Made by a program: the position numbers and the translations under genes. Below, one piece after another: positions 49,047 to 62,177 of a stretch of DNA of 64,000 nucleotides. The stretch comes from Macrostomum lignano (Eukaryota). Below the pieces are notes generated by a model. That model was given only the letters and a program-made list of their open reading frames with translations. It did no database searches and had not been told where the DNA came from. Where the stretch lies: NCBI GenBank assembly GCA_002269645.1, contig NIVC01000215.1:720086-784085 (forward strand). Reading direction: 5' to 3'. Each line of letters begins with the position of its first letter. Position 1 is the stretch's first letter.

Positions 49047-49928
49047 TCTGTGTTTTGCTTTTTGTGCTTGAGAGCTGCTTAGAGCTGCAATCGGGGCGAC
49101 AGTAAGCAAGTCATATAGTGCTCACACAACAACACACACACAGCAGCGAACGAAGTCTGTGTGCATCTTAATCAAGTAGCTAGCTACAATTTTTAAGTGC
49201 TACCAACCAGAGTATAACTTAGCTAACTACCAAAGGAATTTCACTCTTTCTACTCATACAACTAATGATCGACGCTGGTTGCATTGATAAACCTGATAAA
49301 CCTGACCAGCTCGCAAGGGATGCCTAGAAATTATACATTTACGAGCCGTACACTCCATTTCCACAGATTAGAACACAAAAGCCCAGTAGCTAGTTATTGC
49401 ACTACAAAATGTCTAACTCTTATACATAAACTGAAACAGCCCCACTGTCAGCCTGTGAGCGAGAGGCCCCTAAGCCTTGAGGAGCATGAAACTATATACG
49501 TGACTAGGAAGCAGCAAAAATATTGGTAAAAGTAGAGCTCAAGCCGAAAAACGATTGTTGGTTGTTGCAACAACTTTGTAAGTAACTGATGCACCCAGTA
49601 CAACAATGTAATTTACGACAAGTACATGACTGCCCATCAGAACAGAGCAGCTGGTACCATAGTATAGAGCATGGCTGACAGGCTACGATTTACGTACTGT
49701 ATAAAATGCGTCTGCGCTTTACAGTGCAGAGCTGTAGAGACTGCAGTTGTGTAGTATGTAACTGAGTATGATGCAACATTGATTAGTAAACGGCCAGCAC
49801 ATGTAATTACAGTTCACTATAAGTTGCAGTTTGATCAGCAGGCATCCAGCAACTCGTACAGGTCGGTAGGAGCGCCGCGATCAAGCCAGCATACAGGTTG
49901 GTATAGCGCGATCCGCAACGCACATCGA

Positions 49929-50051
49929 TCACTTCTTCTTATGACCGCCCTTGGCAGCGGCCTGCTCGCCCTCGGCTTTTTCCGGCTGCTGCTTGGCGTC
50001 CTTGCTGGCATCGGCGGCCTTCTTGTCGGCGGCGGCTTTCTTGGCAGGCAT
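49929..50051 (-). CDS. Microprotein A copy 2
   Basis: Same ORF as copy 1. Confidence 0.8.
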   Translation of the reverse strand: MPAKKAAADKKAADASKDAKQQPEKAEGEQAAAKGGHKKK

Positions 50052-50780
50052 GTTTGTCTGTTGAGATTAGGAAGCTGATGCTTGGAGCTGCAATTTGAGA
50101 AGCGAGCAGCTGAGGTTTGCAACGTGACCAACGTCAACTTCAAGTATAGCTAGCTGGCTGTACATCCTCATTAGAAAAACTATCTAGATATATTCTCACG
50201 GGCACTTCTTCTTCTTTAACCGCTTATTGGAGCAGTGCAGCTCTACAAGGACCATTGGTGCATATCTAGCCTCTAGTTGGATGTGCTGGACAACGAAATC
50301 TAGAGGATGCTATATCAAGCCAAATACAAGTAATGCCCCCTTTCTCTGTCTGCAACTGCTGATCTAACACAAAACATGCTAAGCATATAGGGAAACAGAG
50401 AGCATTTAAAGAACGAGAGCCGAAAACACCTGCTTGCTTTAAAAATACTGTCCAATATGTAATTTGGAAATGCTACTGTAATTATTCTACAATCAAACAA
50501 CTTTTTTCAATGGATCAATTTACAACTATAAGCTTTCGTCAGCACGTGAGTAAGGTTAGTACAGTACAGAATACAGTAAGTAACCTTGCAGTTTCAGAGC
50601 TGGGTGCTGCGACTCTTTAGCCCCAACAAAGACGATACGCTAATGCGGACAGATTATAGTATACTGTATGTACAGGTATAGAGATAGCTCAGAGTTCCAC
50701 TCAGTCACGCCAATAGTAGGCCTGGCTGTCATGCGGTGCAGAGCACACCTAACAATTGATCTCTCTGAAATCGCATCGCA

Positions 50781-50921
50781 TCACTTCTTCTGACCGGCCT
50801 TGGCGGCAGCGCCACCAGCCTGCTGTTGTTGTTGCTGCTGCTTTTGCTGCTTGGCGTCCTTGTTGGCATCGGCTGCCTGCTGCTTGCCGGCTCCCTGCTG
50901 CTGGTTCTGCTTGGCTGGCAT
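50781..50921 (-). CDS. Microprotein B copy 2
   Basis: Same ORF as copy 1. Confidence 0.8.
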   Translation of the reverse strand: MPAKQNQQQGAGKQQAADANKDAKQQKQQQQQQQAGGAAAKAGQKK

Positions 50922-51805
50922 TCTGTGTTTTGCTTTTTGTGCTTGAGAGCTGCTTAGAGCTGCAATCGGGGCGACAGTAAGCAAGTCATATAGTGCTCAC
51001 ACAACAACACACACACACAGCAGCGAACGAAGTCTGTGTGCATCTTAATCAAGTAGCTAGCTACAATTTTTAAGTGCTACCAACCAGAGTATAACTTAGC
51101 TAACTACCAAAGGAATTTCACTCTTTCTACTCATACAACTAATGATCGACGCTGGTTGCATTGATAAACCTGATAAACCTGACCAGCTCGCAAGGGATGC
51201 CTAGAAATTATACATTTACGAGCCGTACACTCCATTTCCACAGATTAGAACACAAAAGCCCAGTAGCTAGTTATTGCACTACAAAATGTCTAACTCTTAT
51301 ACATAAACTGAAACAGCCCCACTGTCAGCCTGTGAGCGAGAGGCCCCTAAGCCTTGAGGAGCATGAAACTATATACGTGACTAGGAAGCAGCAAAAATAT
51401 TGGTAAAAGTAGAGCTCAAGCCGAAAAACGATTGTTGGTTGTTGCAACAACTTTGTAAGTAACTGATGCACCCAGTACAACAATGTAATTTACGACAAGT
51501 ACATGACTGCCCATCAGAACAGAGCAGCTGGTACCATAGTATAGAGCATGGCTGACAGGCTACGATTTACGTACTGTATAAAATGCGTCTGCGCTTTACA
51601 GTGCAGAGCTGTAGAGACTGCAGTTGTGTAGTATGTAACTGAGTATGATGCAACATTGATTAGTAAACGGCCAGCACATGTAATTACAGTTCACTATAAG
51701 TTGCAGTTTGATCAGCAGGCATCCAGCAACTCGTACAGGTCGGTAGGAGCGCCGCGATCAAGCCAGCATACAGGTTGGTATAGCGCGATCCGCAACGCAC
51801 ATCGA

Positions 51806-51928
51806 TCACTTCTTCTTATGACCGCCCTTGGCAGCGGCCTGCTCGCCCTCGGCTTTTTCCGGCTGCTGCTTGGCGTCCTTGCTGGCATCGGCGGCCTTCT
51901 TGTCGGCGGCGGCTTTCTTGGCAGGCAT
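51806..51928 (-). CDS. Microprotein A copy 3
   Basis: Same ORF as copy 1. Confidence 0.8.
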   Translation of the reverse strand: MPAKKAAADKKAADASKDAKQQPEKAEGEQAAAKGGHKKK

Positions 51929-52657
51929 GTTTGTCTGTTGAGATTAGGAAGCTGATGCTTGGAGCTGCAATTTGAGAAGCGAGCAGCTGAGGTTTGCAAC
52001 GTGACCAACGTCAACTTCAAGTATAGCTAGCTGGCTGTACATCCTCATTAGAAAAACTATCTAGATATATTCTCACGGGCACTTCTTCTTCTTTAACCGC
52101 TTATTGGAGCAGTGCAGCTCTACAAGGACCATTGGTGCATATCTAGCCTCTAGTTGGATGTGCTGGACAACGAAATCTAGAGGATGCTATATCAAGCCAA
52201 ATACAAGTAATGCCCCCTTTCTCTGTCTGCAACTGCTGATCTAACACAAAACATGCTAAGCATATAGGGAAACAGAGAGCATTTAAAGAACGAGAGCCGA
52301 AAACACCTGCTTGCTTTAAAAATACTGTCCAATATGTAATTTGGAAATGCTACTGTAATTATTCTACAATCAAACAACTTTTTTCAATGGATCAATTTAC
52401 AACTATAAGCTTTCGTCAGCACGTGAGTAAGGTTAGTACAGTACAGAATACAGTAAGTAACCTTGCAGTTTCAGAGCTGGGTGCTGCGACTCTTTAGCCC
52501 CAACAAAGACGATACGCTAATGCGGACAGATTATAGTATACTGTATGTACAGGTATAGAGATAGCTCAGAGTTCCACTCAGTCACGCCAATAGTAGGCCT
52601 GGCTGTCATGCGGTGCAGAGCACACCTAACAATTGATCTCTCTGAAATCGCATCGCA

Positions 52658-52798
52658 TCACTTCTTCTGACCGGCCTTGGCGGCAGCGCCACCAGCCTGC
52701 TGTTGTTGTTGCTGCTGCTTTTGCTGCTTGGCGTCCTTGTTGGCATCGGCTGCCTGCTGCTTGCCGGCTCCCTGCTGCTGGTTCTGCTTGGCTGGCAT
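52658..52798 (-). CDS. Microprotein B copy 3
   Basis: Same ORF as copy 1. Confidence 0.8.
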   Translation of the reverse strand: MPAKQNQQQGAGKQQAADANKDAKQQKQQQQQQQAGGAAAKAGQKK

Positions 52799-53682
52799 TC
52801 TGTGTTTTGCTTTTTGTGCTTGAGAGCTGCTTAGAGCTGCAATCGGGGCGACAGTAAGCAAGTCATATAGTGCTCACACAACAACACACACACACAGCAG
52901 CGAACGAAGTCTGTGTGCATCTTAATCAAGTAGCTAGCTACAATTTTTAAGTGCTACCAACCAGAGTATAACTTAGCTAACTACCAAAGGAATTTCACTC
53001 TTTCTACTCATACAACTAATGATCGACGCTGGTTGCATTGATAAACCTGATAAACCTGACCAGCTCGCAAGGGATGCCTAGAAATTATACATTTACGAGC
53101 CGTACACTCCATTTCCACAGATTAGAACACAAAAGCCCAGTAGCTAGTTATTGCACTACAAAATGTCTAACTCTTATACATAAACTGAAACAGCCCCACT
53201 GTCAGCCTGTGAGCGAGAGGCCCCTAAGCCTTGAGGAGCATGAAACTATATACGTGACTAGGAAGCAGCAAAAATATTGGTAAAAGTAGAGCTCAAGCCG
53301 AAAAACGATTGTTGGTTGTTGCAACAACTTTGTAAGTAACTGATGCACCCAGTACAACAATGTAATTTACGACAAGTACATGACTGCCCATCAGAACAGA
53401 GCAGCTGGTACCATAGTATAGAGCATGGCTGACAGGCTACGATTTACGTACTGTATAAAATGCGTCTGCGCTTTACAGTGCAGAGCTGTAGAGACTGCAG
53501 TTGTGTAGTATGTAACTGAGTATGATGCAACATTGATTAGTAAACGGCCAGCACATGTAATTACAGTTCACTATAAGTTGCAGTTTGATCAGCAGGCATC
53601 CAGCAACTCGTACAGGTCGGTAGGAGCGCCGCGATCAAGCCAGCATACAGGTTGGTATAGCGCGATCCGCAACGCACATCGA

Positions 53683-53805
53683 TCACTTCTTCTTATGACC
53701 GCCCTTGGCAGCGGCCTGCTCGCCCTCGGCTTTTTCCGGCTGCTGCTTGGCGTCCTTGCTGGCATCGGCGGCCTTCTTGTCGGCGGCGGCTTTCTTGGCA
53801 GGCAT
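53683..53805 (-). CDS. Microprotein A copy 4
   Basis: Same ORF as copy 1. Confidence 0.8.
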   Translation of the reverse strand: MPAKKAAADKKAADASKDAKQQPEKAEGEQAAAKGGHKKK

Positions 53806-54534
53806 GTTTGTCTGTTGAGATTAGGAAGCTGATGCTTGGAGCTGCAATTTGAGAAGCGAGCAGCTGAGGTTTGCAACGTGACCAACGTCAACTTCAAGTA
53901 TAGCTAGCTGGCTGTACATCCTCATTAGAAAAACTATCTAGATATATTCTCACGGGCACTTCTTCTTCTTTAACCGCTTATTGGAGCAGTGCAGCTCTAC
54001 AAGGACCATTGGTGCATATCTAGCCTCTAGTTGGATGTGCTGGACAACGAAATCTAGAGGATGCTATATCAAGCCAAATACAAGTAATGCCCCCTTTCTC
54101 TGTCTGCAACTGCTGATCTAACACAAAACATGCTAAGCATATAGGGAAACAGAGAGCATTTAAAGAACGAGAGCCGAAAACACCTGCTTGCTTTAAAAAT
54201 ACTGTCCAATATGTAATTTGGAAATGCTACTGTAATTATTCTACAATCAAACAACTTTTTTCAATGGATCAATTTACAACTATAAGCTTTCGTCAGCACG
54301 TGAGTAAGGTTAGTACAGTACAGAATACAGTAAGTAACCTTGCAGTTTCAGAGCTGGGTGCTGCGACTCTTTAGCCCCAACAAAGACGATACGCTAATGC
54401 GGACAGATTATAGTATACTGTATGTACAGGTATAGAGATAGCTCAGAGTTCCACTCAGTCACGCCAATAGTAGGCCTGGCTGTCATGCGGTGCAGAGCAC
54501 ACCTAACAATTGATCTCTCTGAAATCGCATCGCA

Positions 54535-54675
54535 TCACTTCTTCTGACCGGCCTTGGCGGCAGCGCCACCAGCCTGCTGTTGTTGTTGCTGCTGCTTTTG
54601 CTGCTTGGCGTCCTTGTTGGCATCGGCTGCCTGCTGCTTGCCGGCTCCCTGCTGCTGGTTCTGCTTGGCTGGCAT
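54535..54675 (-). CDS. Microprotein B copy 4
   Basis: Same ORF as copy 1. Confidence 0.8.
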   Translation of the reverse strand: MPAKQNQQQGAGKQQAADANKDAKQQKQQQQQQQAGGAAAKAGQKK

Positions 54676-55557
54676 TCTGTGTTTTGCTTTTTGTGCTTGA
54701 GAGCTGCTTAGAGCTGCAATCGGGGCGACAGTAAGCAAGTCATATAGTGCTCACACAACAACACACACACAGCAGCGAACGAAGTCTGTGTGCATCTTAA
54801 TCAAGTAGCTAGCTACAATTTTTAAGTGCTACCAACCAGAGTATAACTTAGCTAACTACCAAAGGAATTTCACTCTTTCTACTCATACAACTAATGATCG
54901 ACGCTGGTTGCATTGATAAACCTGATAAACCTGACCAGCTCGCAAGGGATGCCTAGAAATTATACATTTACGAGCCGTACACTCCATTTCCACAGATTAG
55001 AACACAAAAGCCCAGTAGCTAGTTATTGCACTACAAAATGTCTAACTCTTATACATAAACTGAAACAGCCCCACTGTCAGCCTGTGAGCGAGAGGCCCCT
55101 AAGCCTTGAGGAGCATGAAACTATATACGTGACTAGGAAGCAGCAAAAATATTGGTAAAAGTAGAGCTCAAGCCGAAAAACGATTGTTGGTTGTTGCAAC
55201 AACTTTGTAAGTAACTGATGCACCCAGTACAACAATGTAATTTACGACAAGTACATGACTGCCCATCAGAACAGAGCAGCTGGTACCATAGTATAGAGCA
55301 TGGCTGACAGGCTACGATTTACGTACTGTATAAAATGCGTCTGCGCTTTACAGTGCAGAGCTGTAGAGACTGCAGTTGTGTAGTATGTAACTGAGTATGA
55401 TGCAACATTGATTAGTAAACGGCCAGCACATGTAATTACAGTTCACTATAAGTTGCAGTTTGATCAGCAGGCATCCAGCAACTCGTACAGGTCGGTAGGA
55501 GCGCCGCGATCAAGCCAGCATACAGGTTGGTATAGCGCGATCCGCAACGCACATCGA

Positions 55558-55680
55558 TCACTTCTTCTTATGACCGCCCTTGGCAGCGGCCTGCTCGCCC
55601 TCGGCTTTTTCCGGCTGCTGCTTGGCGTCCTTGCTGGCATCGGCGGCCTTCTTGTCGGCGGCGGCTTTCTTGGCAGGCAT
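55558..55680 (-). CDS. Microprotein A copy 5
   Basis: Same ORF as copy 1. Confidence 0.8.
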   Translation of the reverse strand: MPAKKAAADKKAADASKDAKQQPEKAEGEQAAAKGGHKKK

Positions 55681-56409
55681 GTTTGTCTGTTGAGATTAGG
55701 AAGCTGATGCTTGGAGCTGCAATTTGAGAAGCGAGCAGCTGAGGTTTGCAACGTGACCAACGTCAACTTCAAGTATAGCTAGCTGGCTGTACATCCTCAT
55801 TAGAAAAACTATCTAGATATATTCTCACGGGCACTTCTTCTTCTTTAACCGCTTATTGGAGCAGTGCAGCTCTACAAGGACCATTGGTGCATATCTAGCC
55901 TCTAGTTGGATGTGCTGGACAACGAAATCTAGAGGATGCTATATCAAGCCAAATACAAGTAATGCCCCCTTTCTCTGTCTGCAACTGCTGATCTAACACA
56001 AAACATGCTAAGCATATAGGGAAACAGAGAGCATTTAAAGAACGAGAGCCGAAAACACCTGCTTGCTTTAAAAATACTGTCCAATATGTAATTTGGAAAT
56101 GCTACTGTAATTATTCTACAATCAAACAACTTTTTTCAATGGATCAATTTACAACTATAAGCTTTCGTCAGCACGTGAGTAAGGTTAGTACAGTACAGAA
56201 TACAGTAAGTAACCTTGCAGTTTCAGAGCTGGGTGCTGCGACTCTTTAGCCCCAACAAAGACGATACGCTAATGCGGACAGATTATAGTATACTGTATGT
56301 ACAGGTATAGAGATAGCTCAGAGTTCCACTCAGTCACGCCAATAGTAGGCCTGGCTGTCATGCGGTGCAGAGCACACCTAACAATTGATCTCTCTGAAAT
56401 CGCATCGCA

Positions 56410-56550
56410 TCACTTCTTCTGACCGGCCTTGGCGGCAGCGCCACCAGCCTGCTGTTGTTGTTGCTGCTGCTTTTGCTGCTTGGCGTCCTTGTTGGCATCG
56501 GCTGCCTGCTGCTTGCCGGCTCCCTGCTGCTGGTTCTGCTTGGCTGGCAT
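56410..56550 (-). CDS. Microprotein B copy 5
   Basis: Same ORF as copy 1. Confidence 0.8.
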   Translation of the reverse strand: MPAKQNQQQGAGKQQAADANKDAKQQKQQQQQQQAGGAAAKAGQKK

Positions 56551-57432
56551 TCTGTGTTTTGCTTTTTGTGCTTGAGAGCTGCTTAGAGCTGCAATCGGGG
56601 CGACAGTAAGCAAGTCATATAGTGCTCACACAACAACACACACACAGCAGCGAACGAAGTCTGTGTGCATCTTAATCAAGTAGCTAGCTACAATTTTTAA
56701 GTGCTACCAACCAGAGTATAACTTAGCTAACTACCAAAGGAATTTCACTCTTTCTACTCATACAACTAATGATCGACGCTGGTTGCATTGATAAACCTGA
56801 TAAACCTGACCAGCTCGCAAGGGATGCCTAGAAATTATACATTTACGAGCCGTACACTCCATTTCCACAGATTAGAACACAAAAGCCCAGTAGCTAGTTA
56901 TTGCACTACAAAATGTCTAACTCTTATACATAAACTGAAACAGCCCCACTGTCAGCCTGTGAGCGAGAGGCCCCTAAGCCTTGAGGAGCATGAAACTATA
57001 TACGTGACTAGGAAGCAGCAAAAATATTGGTAAAAGTAGAGCTCAAGCCGAAAAACGATTGTTGGTTGTTGCAACAACTTTGTAAGTAACTGATGCACCC
57101 AGTACAACAATGTAATTTACGACAAGTACATGACTGCCCATCAGAACAGAGCAGCTGGTACCATAGTATAGAGCATGGCTGACAGGCTACGATTTACGTA
57201 CTGTATAAAATGCGTCTGCGCTTTACAGTGCAGAGCTGTAGAGACTGCAGTTGTGTAGTATGTAACTGAGTATGATGCAACATTGATTAGTAAACGGCCA
57301 GCACATGTAATTACAGTTCACTATAAGTTGCAGTTTGATCAGCAGGCATCCAGCAACTCGTACAGGTCGGTAGGAGCGCCGCGATCAAGCCAGCATACAG
57401 GTTGGTATAGCGCGATCCGCAACGCACATCGA

Positions 57433-57555
57433 TCACTTCTTCTTATGACCGCCCTTGGCAGCGGCCTGCTCGCCCTCGGCTTTTTCCGGCTGCTGCTTGG
57501 CGTCCTTGCTGGCATCGGCGGCCTTCTTGTCGGCGGCGGCTTTCTTGGCAGGCAT
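57433..57555 (-). CDS. Microprotein A copy 6
   Basis: Same ORF as copy 1. Confidence 0.8.
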   Translation of the reverse strand: MPAKKAAADKKAADASKDAKQQPEKAEGEQAAAKGGHKKK

Positions 57556-58284
57556 GTTTGTCTGTTGAGATTAGGAAGCTGATGCTTGGAGCTGCAATTT
57601 GAGAAGCGAGCAGCTGAGGTTTGCAACGTGACCAACGTCAACTTCAAGTATAGCTAGCTGGCTGTACATCCTCATTAGAAAAACTATCTAGATATATTCT
57701 CACGGGCACTTCTTCTTCTTTAACCGCTTATTGGAGCAGTGCAGCTCTACAAGGACCATTGGTGCATATCTAGCCTCTAGTTGGATGTGCTGGACAACGA
57801 AATCTAGAGGATGCTATATCAAGCCAAATACAAGTAATGCCCCCTTTCTCTGTCTGCAACTGCTGATCTAACACAAAACATGCTAAGCATATAGGGAAAC
57901 AGAGAGCATTTAAAGAACGAGAGCCGAAAACACCTGCTTGCTTTAAAAATACTGTCCAATATGTAATTTGGAAATGCTACTGTAATTATTCTACAATCAA
58001 ACAACTTTTTTCAATGGATCAATTTACAACTATAAGCTTTCGTCAGCACGTGAGTAAGGTTAGTACAGTACAGAATACAGTAAGTAACCTTGCAGTTTCA
58101 GAGCTGGGTGCTGCGACTCTTTAGCCCCAACAAAGACGATACGCTAATGCGGACAGATTATAGTATACTGTATGTACAGGTATAGAGATAGCTCAGAGTT
58201 CCACTCAGTCACGCCAATAGTAGGCCTGGCTGTCATGCGGTGCAGAGCACACCTAACAATTGATCTCTCTGAAATCGCATCGCA

Positions 58285-58425
58285 TCACTTCTTCTGACCG
58301 GCCTTGGCGGCAGCGCCACCAGCCTGCTGTTGTTGTTGCTGCTGCTTTTGCTGCTTGGCGTCCTTGTTGGCATCGGCTGCCTGCTGCTTGCCGGCTCCCT
58401 GCTGCTGGTTCTGCTTGGCTGGCAT
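58285..58425 (-). CDS. Microprotein B copy 6
   Basis: Same ORF as copy 1. Confidence 0.8.
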   Translation of the reverse strand: MPAKQNQQQGAGKQQAADANKDAKQQKQQQQQQQAGGAAAKAGQKK

Positions 58426-59307
58426 TCTGTGTTTTGCTTTTTGTGCTTGAGAGCTGCTTAGAGCTGCAATCGGGGCGACAGTAAGCAAGTCATATAGTGC
58501 TCACACAACAACACACACACAGCAGCGAACGAAGTCTGTGTGCATCTTAATCAAGTAGCTAGCTACAATTTTTAAGTGCTACCAACCAGAGTATAACTTA
58601 GCTAACTACCAAAGGAATTTCACTCTTTCTACTCATACAACTAATGATCGACGCTGGTTGCATTGATAAACCTGATAAACCTGACCAGCTCGCAAGGGAT
58701 GCCTAGAAATTATACATTTACGAGCCGTACACTCCATTTCCACAGATTAGAACACAAAAGCCCAGTAGCTAGTTATTGCACTACAAAATGTCTAACTCTT
58801 ATACATAAACTGAAACAGCCCCACTGTCAGCCTGTGAGCGAGAGGCCCCTAAGCCTTGAGGAGCATGAAACTATATACGTGACTAGGAAGCAGCAAAAAT
58901 ATTGGTAAAAGTAGAGCTCAAGCCGAAAAACGATTGTTGGTTGTTGCAACAACTTTGTAAGTAACTGATGCACCCAGTACAACAATGTAATTTACGACAA
59001 GTACATGACTGCCCATCAGAACAGAGCAGCTGGTACCATAGTATAGAGCATGGCTGACAGGCTACGATTTACGTACTGTATAAAATGCGTCTGCGCTTTA
59101 CAGTGCAGAGCTGTAGAGACTGCAGTTGTGTAGTATGTAACTGAGTATGATGCAACATTGATTAGTAAACGGCCAGCACATGTAATTACAGTTCACTATA
59201 AGTTGCAGTTTGATCAGCAGGCATCCAGCAACTCGTACAGGTCGGTAGGAGCGCCGCGATCAAGCCAGCATACAGGTTGGTATAGCGCGATCCGCAACGC
59301 ACATCGA

Positions 59308-59430
59308 TCACTTCTTCTTATGACCGCCCTTGGCAGCGGCCTGCTCGCCCTCGGCTTTTTCCGGCTGCTGCTTGGCGTCCTTGCTGGCATCGGCGGCCTT
59401 CTTGTCGGCGGCGGCTTTCTTGGCAGGCAT
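59308..59430 (-). CDS. Microprotein A copy 7
   Basis: Same ORF as copy 1. Confidence 0.8.
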   Translation of the reverse strand: MPAKKAAADKKAADASKDAKQQPEKAEGEQAAAKGGHKKK

Positions 59431-60159
59431 GTTTGTCTGTTGAGATTAGGAAGCTGATGCTTGGAGCTGCAATTTGAGAAGCGAGCAGCTGAGGTTTGCA
59501 ACGTGACCAACGTCAACTTCAAGTATAGCTAGCTGGCTGTACATCCTCATTAGAAAAACTATCTAGATATATTCTCACGGGCACTTCTTCTTCTTTAACC
59601 GCTTATTGGAGCAGTGCAGCTCTACAAGGACCATTGGTGCATATCTAGCCTCTAGTTGGATGTGCTGGACAACGAAATCTAGAGGATGCTATATCAAGCC
59701 AAATACAAGTAATGCCCCCTTTCTCTGTCTGCAACTGCTGATCTAACACAAAACATGCTAAGCATATAGGGAAACAGAGAGCATTTAAAGAACGAGAGCC
59801 GAAAACACCTGCTTGCTTTAAAAATACTGTCCAATATGTAATTTGGAAATGCTACTGTAATTATTCTACAATCAAACAACTTTTTTCAATGGATCAATTT
59901 ACAACTATAAGCTTTCGTCAGCACGTGAGTAAGGTTAGTACAGTACAGAATACAGTAAGTAACCTTGCAGTTTCAGAGCTGGGTGCTGCGACTCTTTAGC
60001 CCCAACAAAGACGATACGCTAATGCGGACAGATTATAGTATACTGTATGTACAGGTATAGAGATAGCTCAGAGTTCCACTCAGTCACGCCAATAGTAGGC
60101 CTGGCTGTCATGCGGTGCAGAGCACACCTAACAATTGATCTCTCTGAAATCGCATCGCA

Positions 60160-60300
60160 TCACTTCTTCTGACCGGCCTTGGCGGCAGCGCCACCAGCCT
60201 GCTGTTGTTGTTGCTGCTGCTTTTGCTGCTTGGCGTCCTTGTTGGCATCGGCTGCCTGCTGCTTGCCGGCTCCCTGCTGCTGGTTCTGCTTGGCTGGCAT
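60160..60300 (-). CDS. Microprotein B copy 7
   Basis: Same ORF as copy 1. Confidence 0.8.
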   Translation of the reverse strand: MPAKQNQQQGAGKQQAADANKDAKQQKQQQQQQQAGGAAAKAGQKK

Positions 60301-61184
60301 TCTGTGTTTTGCTTTTTGTGCTTGAGAGCTGCTTAGAGCTGCAATCGGGGCGACAGTAAGCAAGTCATATAGTGCTCACACAACAACACACACACACAGC
60401 AGCGAACGAAGTCTGTGTGCATCTTAATCAAGTAGCTAGCTACAATTTTTAAGTGCTACCAACCAGAGTATAACTTAGCTAACTACCAAAGGAATTTCAC
60501 TCTTTCTACTCATACAACTAATGATCGACGCTGGTTGCATTGATAAACCTGATAAACCTGACCAGCTCGCAAGGGATGCCTAGAAATTATACATTTACGA
60601 GCCGTACACTCCATTTCCACAGATTAGAACACAAAAGCCCAGTAGCTAGTTATTGCACTACAAAATGTCTAACTCTTATACATAAACTGAAACAGCCCCA
60701 CTGTCAGCCTGTGAGCGAGAGGCCCCTAAGCCTTGAGGAGCATGAAACTATATACGTGACTAGGAAGCAGCAAAAATATTGGTAAAAGTAGAGCTCAAGC
60801 CGAAAAACGATTGTTGGTTGTTGCAACAACTTTGTAAGTAACTGATGCACCCAGTACAACAATGTAATTTACGACAAGTACATGACTGCCCATCAGAACA
60901 GAGCAGCTGGTACCATAGTATAGAGCATGGCTGACAGGCTACGATTTACGTACTGTATAAAATGCGTCTGCGCTTTACAGTGCAGAGCTGTAGAGACTGC
61001 AGTTGTGTAGTATGTAACTGAGTATGATGCAACATTGATTAGTAAACGGCCAGCACATGTAATTACAGTTCACTATAAGTTGCAGTTTGATCAGCAGGCA
61101 TCCAGCAACTCGTACAGGTCGGTAGGAGCGCCGCGATCAAGCCAGCATACAGGTTGGTATAGCGCGATCCGCAACGCACATCGA

Positions 61185-61307
61185 TCACTTCTTCTTATGA
61201 CCGCCCTTGGCAGCGGCCTGCTCGCCCTCGGCTTTTTCCGGCTGCTGCTTGGCGTCCTTGCTGGCATCGGCGGCCTTCTTGTCGGCGGCGGCTTTCTTGG
61301 CAGGCAT
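61185..61307 (-). CDS. Microprotein A copy 8
   Basis: Same ORF as copy 1. Confidence 0.8.
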   Translation of the reverse strand: MPAKKAAADKKAADASKDAKQQPEKAEGEQAAAKGGHKKK

Positions 61308-62036
61308 GTTTGTCTGTTGAGATTAGGAAGCTGATGCTTGGAGCTGCAATTTGAGAAGCGAGCAGCTGAGGTTTGCAACGTGACCAACGTCAACTTCAAG
61401 TATAGCTAGCTGGCTGTACATCCTCATTAGAAAAACTATCTAGATATATTCTCACGGGCACTTCTTCTTCTTTAACCGCTTATTGGAGCAGTGCAGCTCT
61501 ACAAGGACCATTGGTGCATATCTAGCCTCTAGTTGGATGTGCTGGACAACGAAATCTAGAGGATGCTATATCAAGCCAAATACAAGTAATGCCCCCTTTC
61601 TCTGTCTGCAACTGCTGATCTAACACAAAACATGCTAAGCATATAGGGAAACAGAGAGCATTTAAAGAACGAGAGCCGAAAACACCTGCTTGCTTTAAAA
61701 ATACTGTCCAATATGTAATTTGGAAATGCTACTGTAATTATTCTACAATCAAACAACTTTTTTCAATGGATCAATTTACAACTATAAGCTTTCGTCAGCA
61801 CGTGAGTAAGGTTAGTACAGTACAGAATACAGTAAGTAACCTTGCAGTTTCAGAGCTGGGTGCTGCGACTCTTTAGCCCCAACAAAGACGATACGCTAAT
61901 GCGGACAGATTATAGTATACTGTATGTACAGGTATAGAGATAGCTCAGAGTTCCACTCAGTCACGCCAATAGTAGGCCTGGCTGTCATGCGGTGCAGAGC
62001 ACACCTAACAATTGATCTCTCTGAAATCGCATCGCA

Positions 62037-62177
62037 TCACTTCTTCTGACCGGCCTTGGCGGCAGCGCCACCAGCCTGCTGTTGTTGTTGCTGCTGCTTT
62101 TGCTGCTTGGCGTCCTTGTTGGCATCGGCTGCCTGCTGCTTGCCGGCTCCCTGCTGCTGGTTCTGCTTGGCTGGCAT
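62037..62177 (-). CDS. Microprotein B copy 8
   Basis: Same ORF as copy 1. Confidence 0.8.
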   Translation of the reverse strand: MPAKQNQQQGAGKQQAADANKDAKQQKQQQQQQQAGGAAAKAGQKK

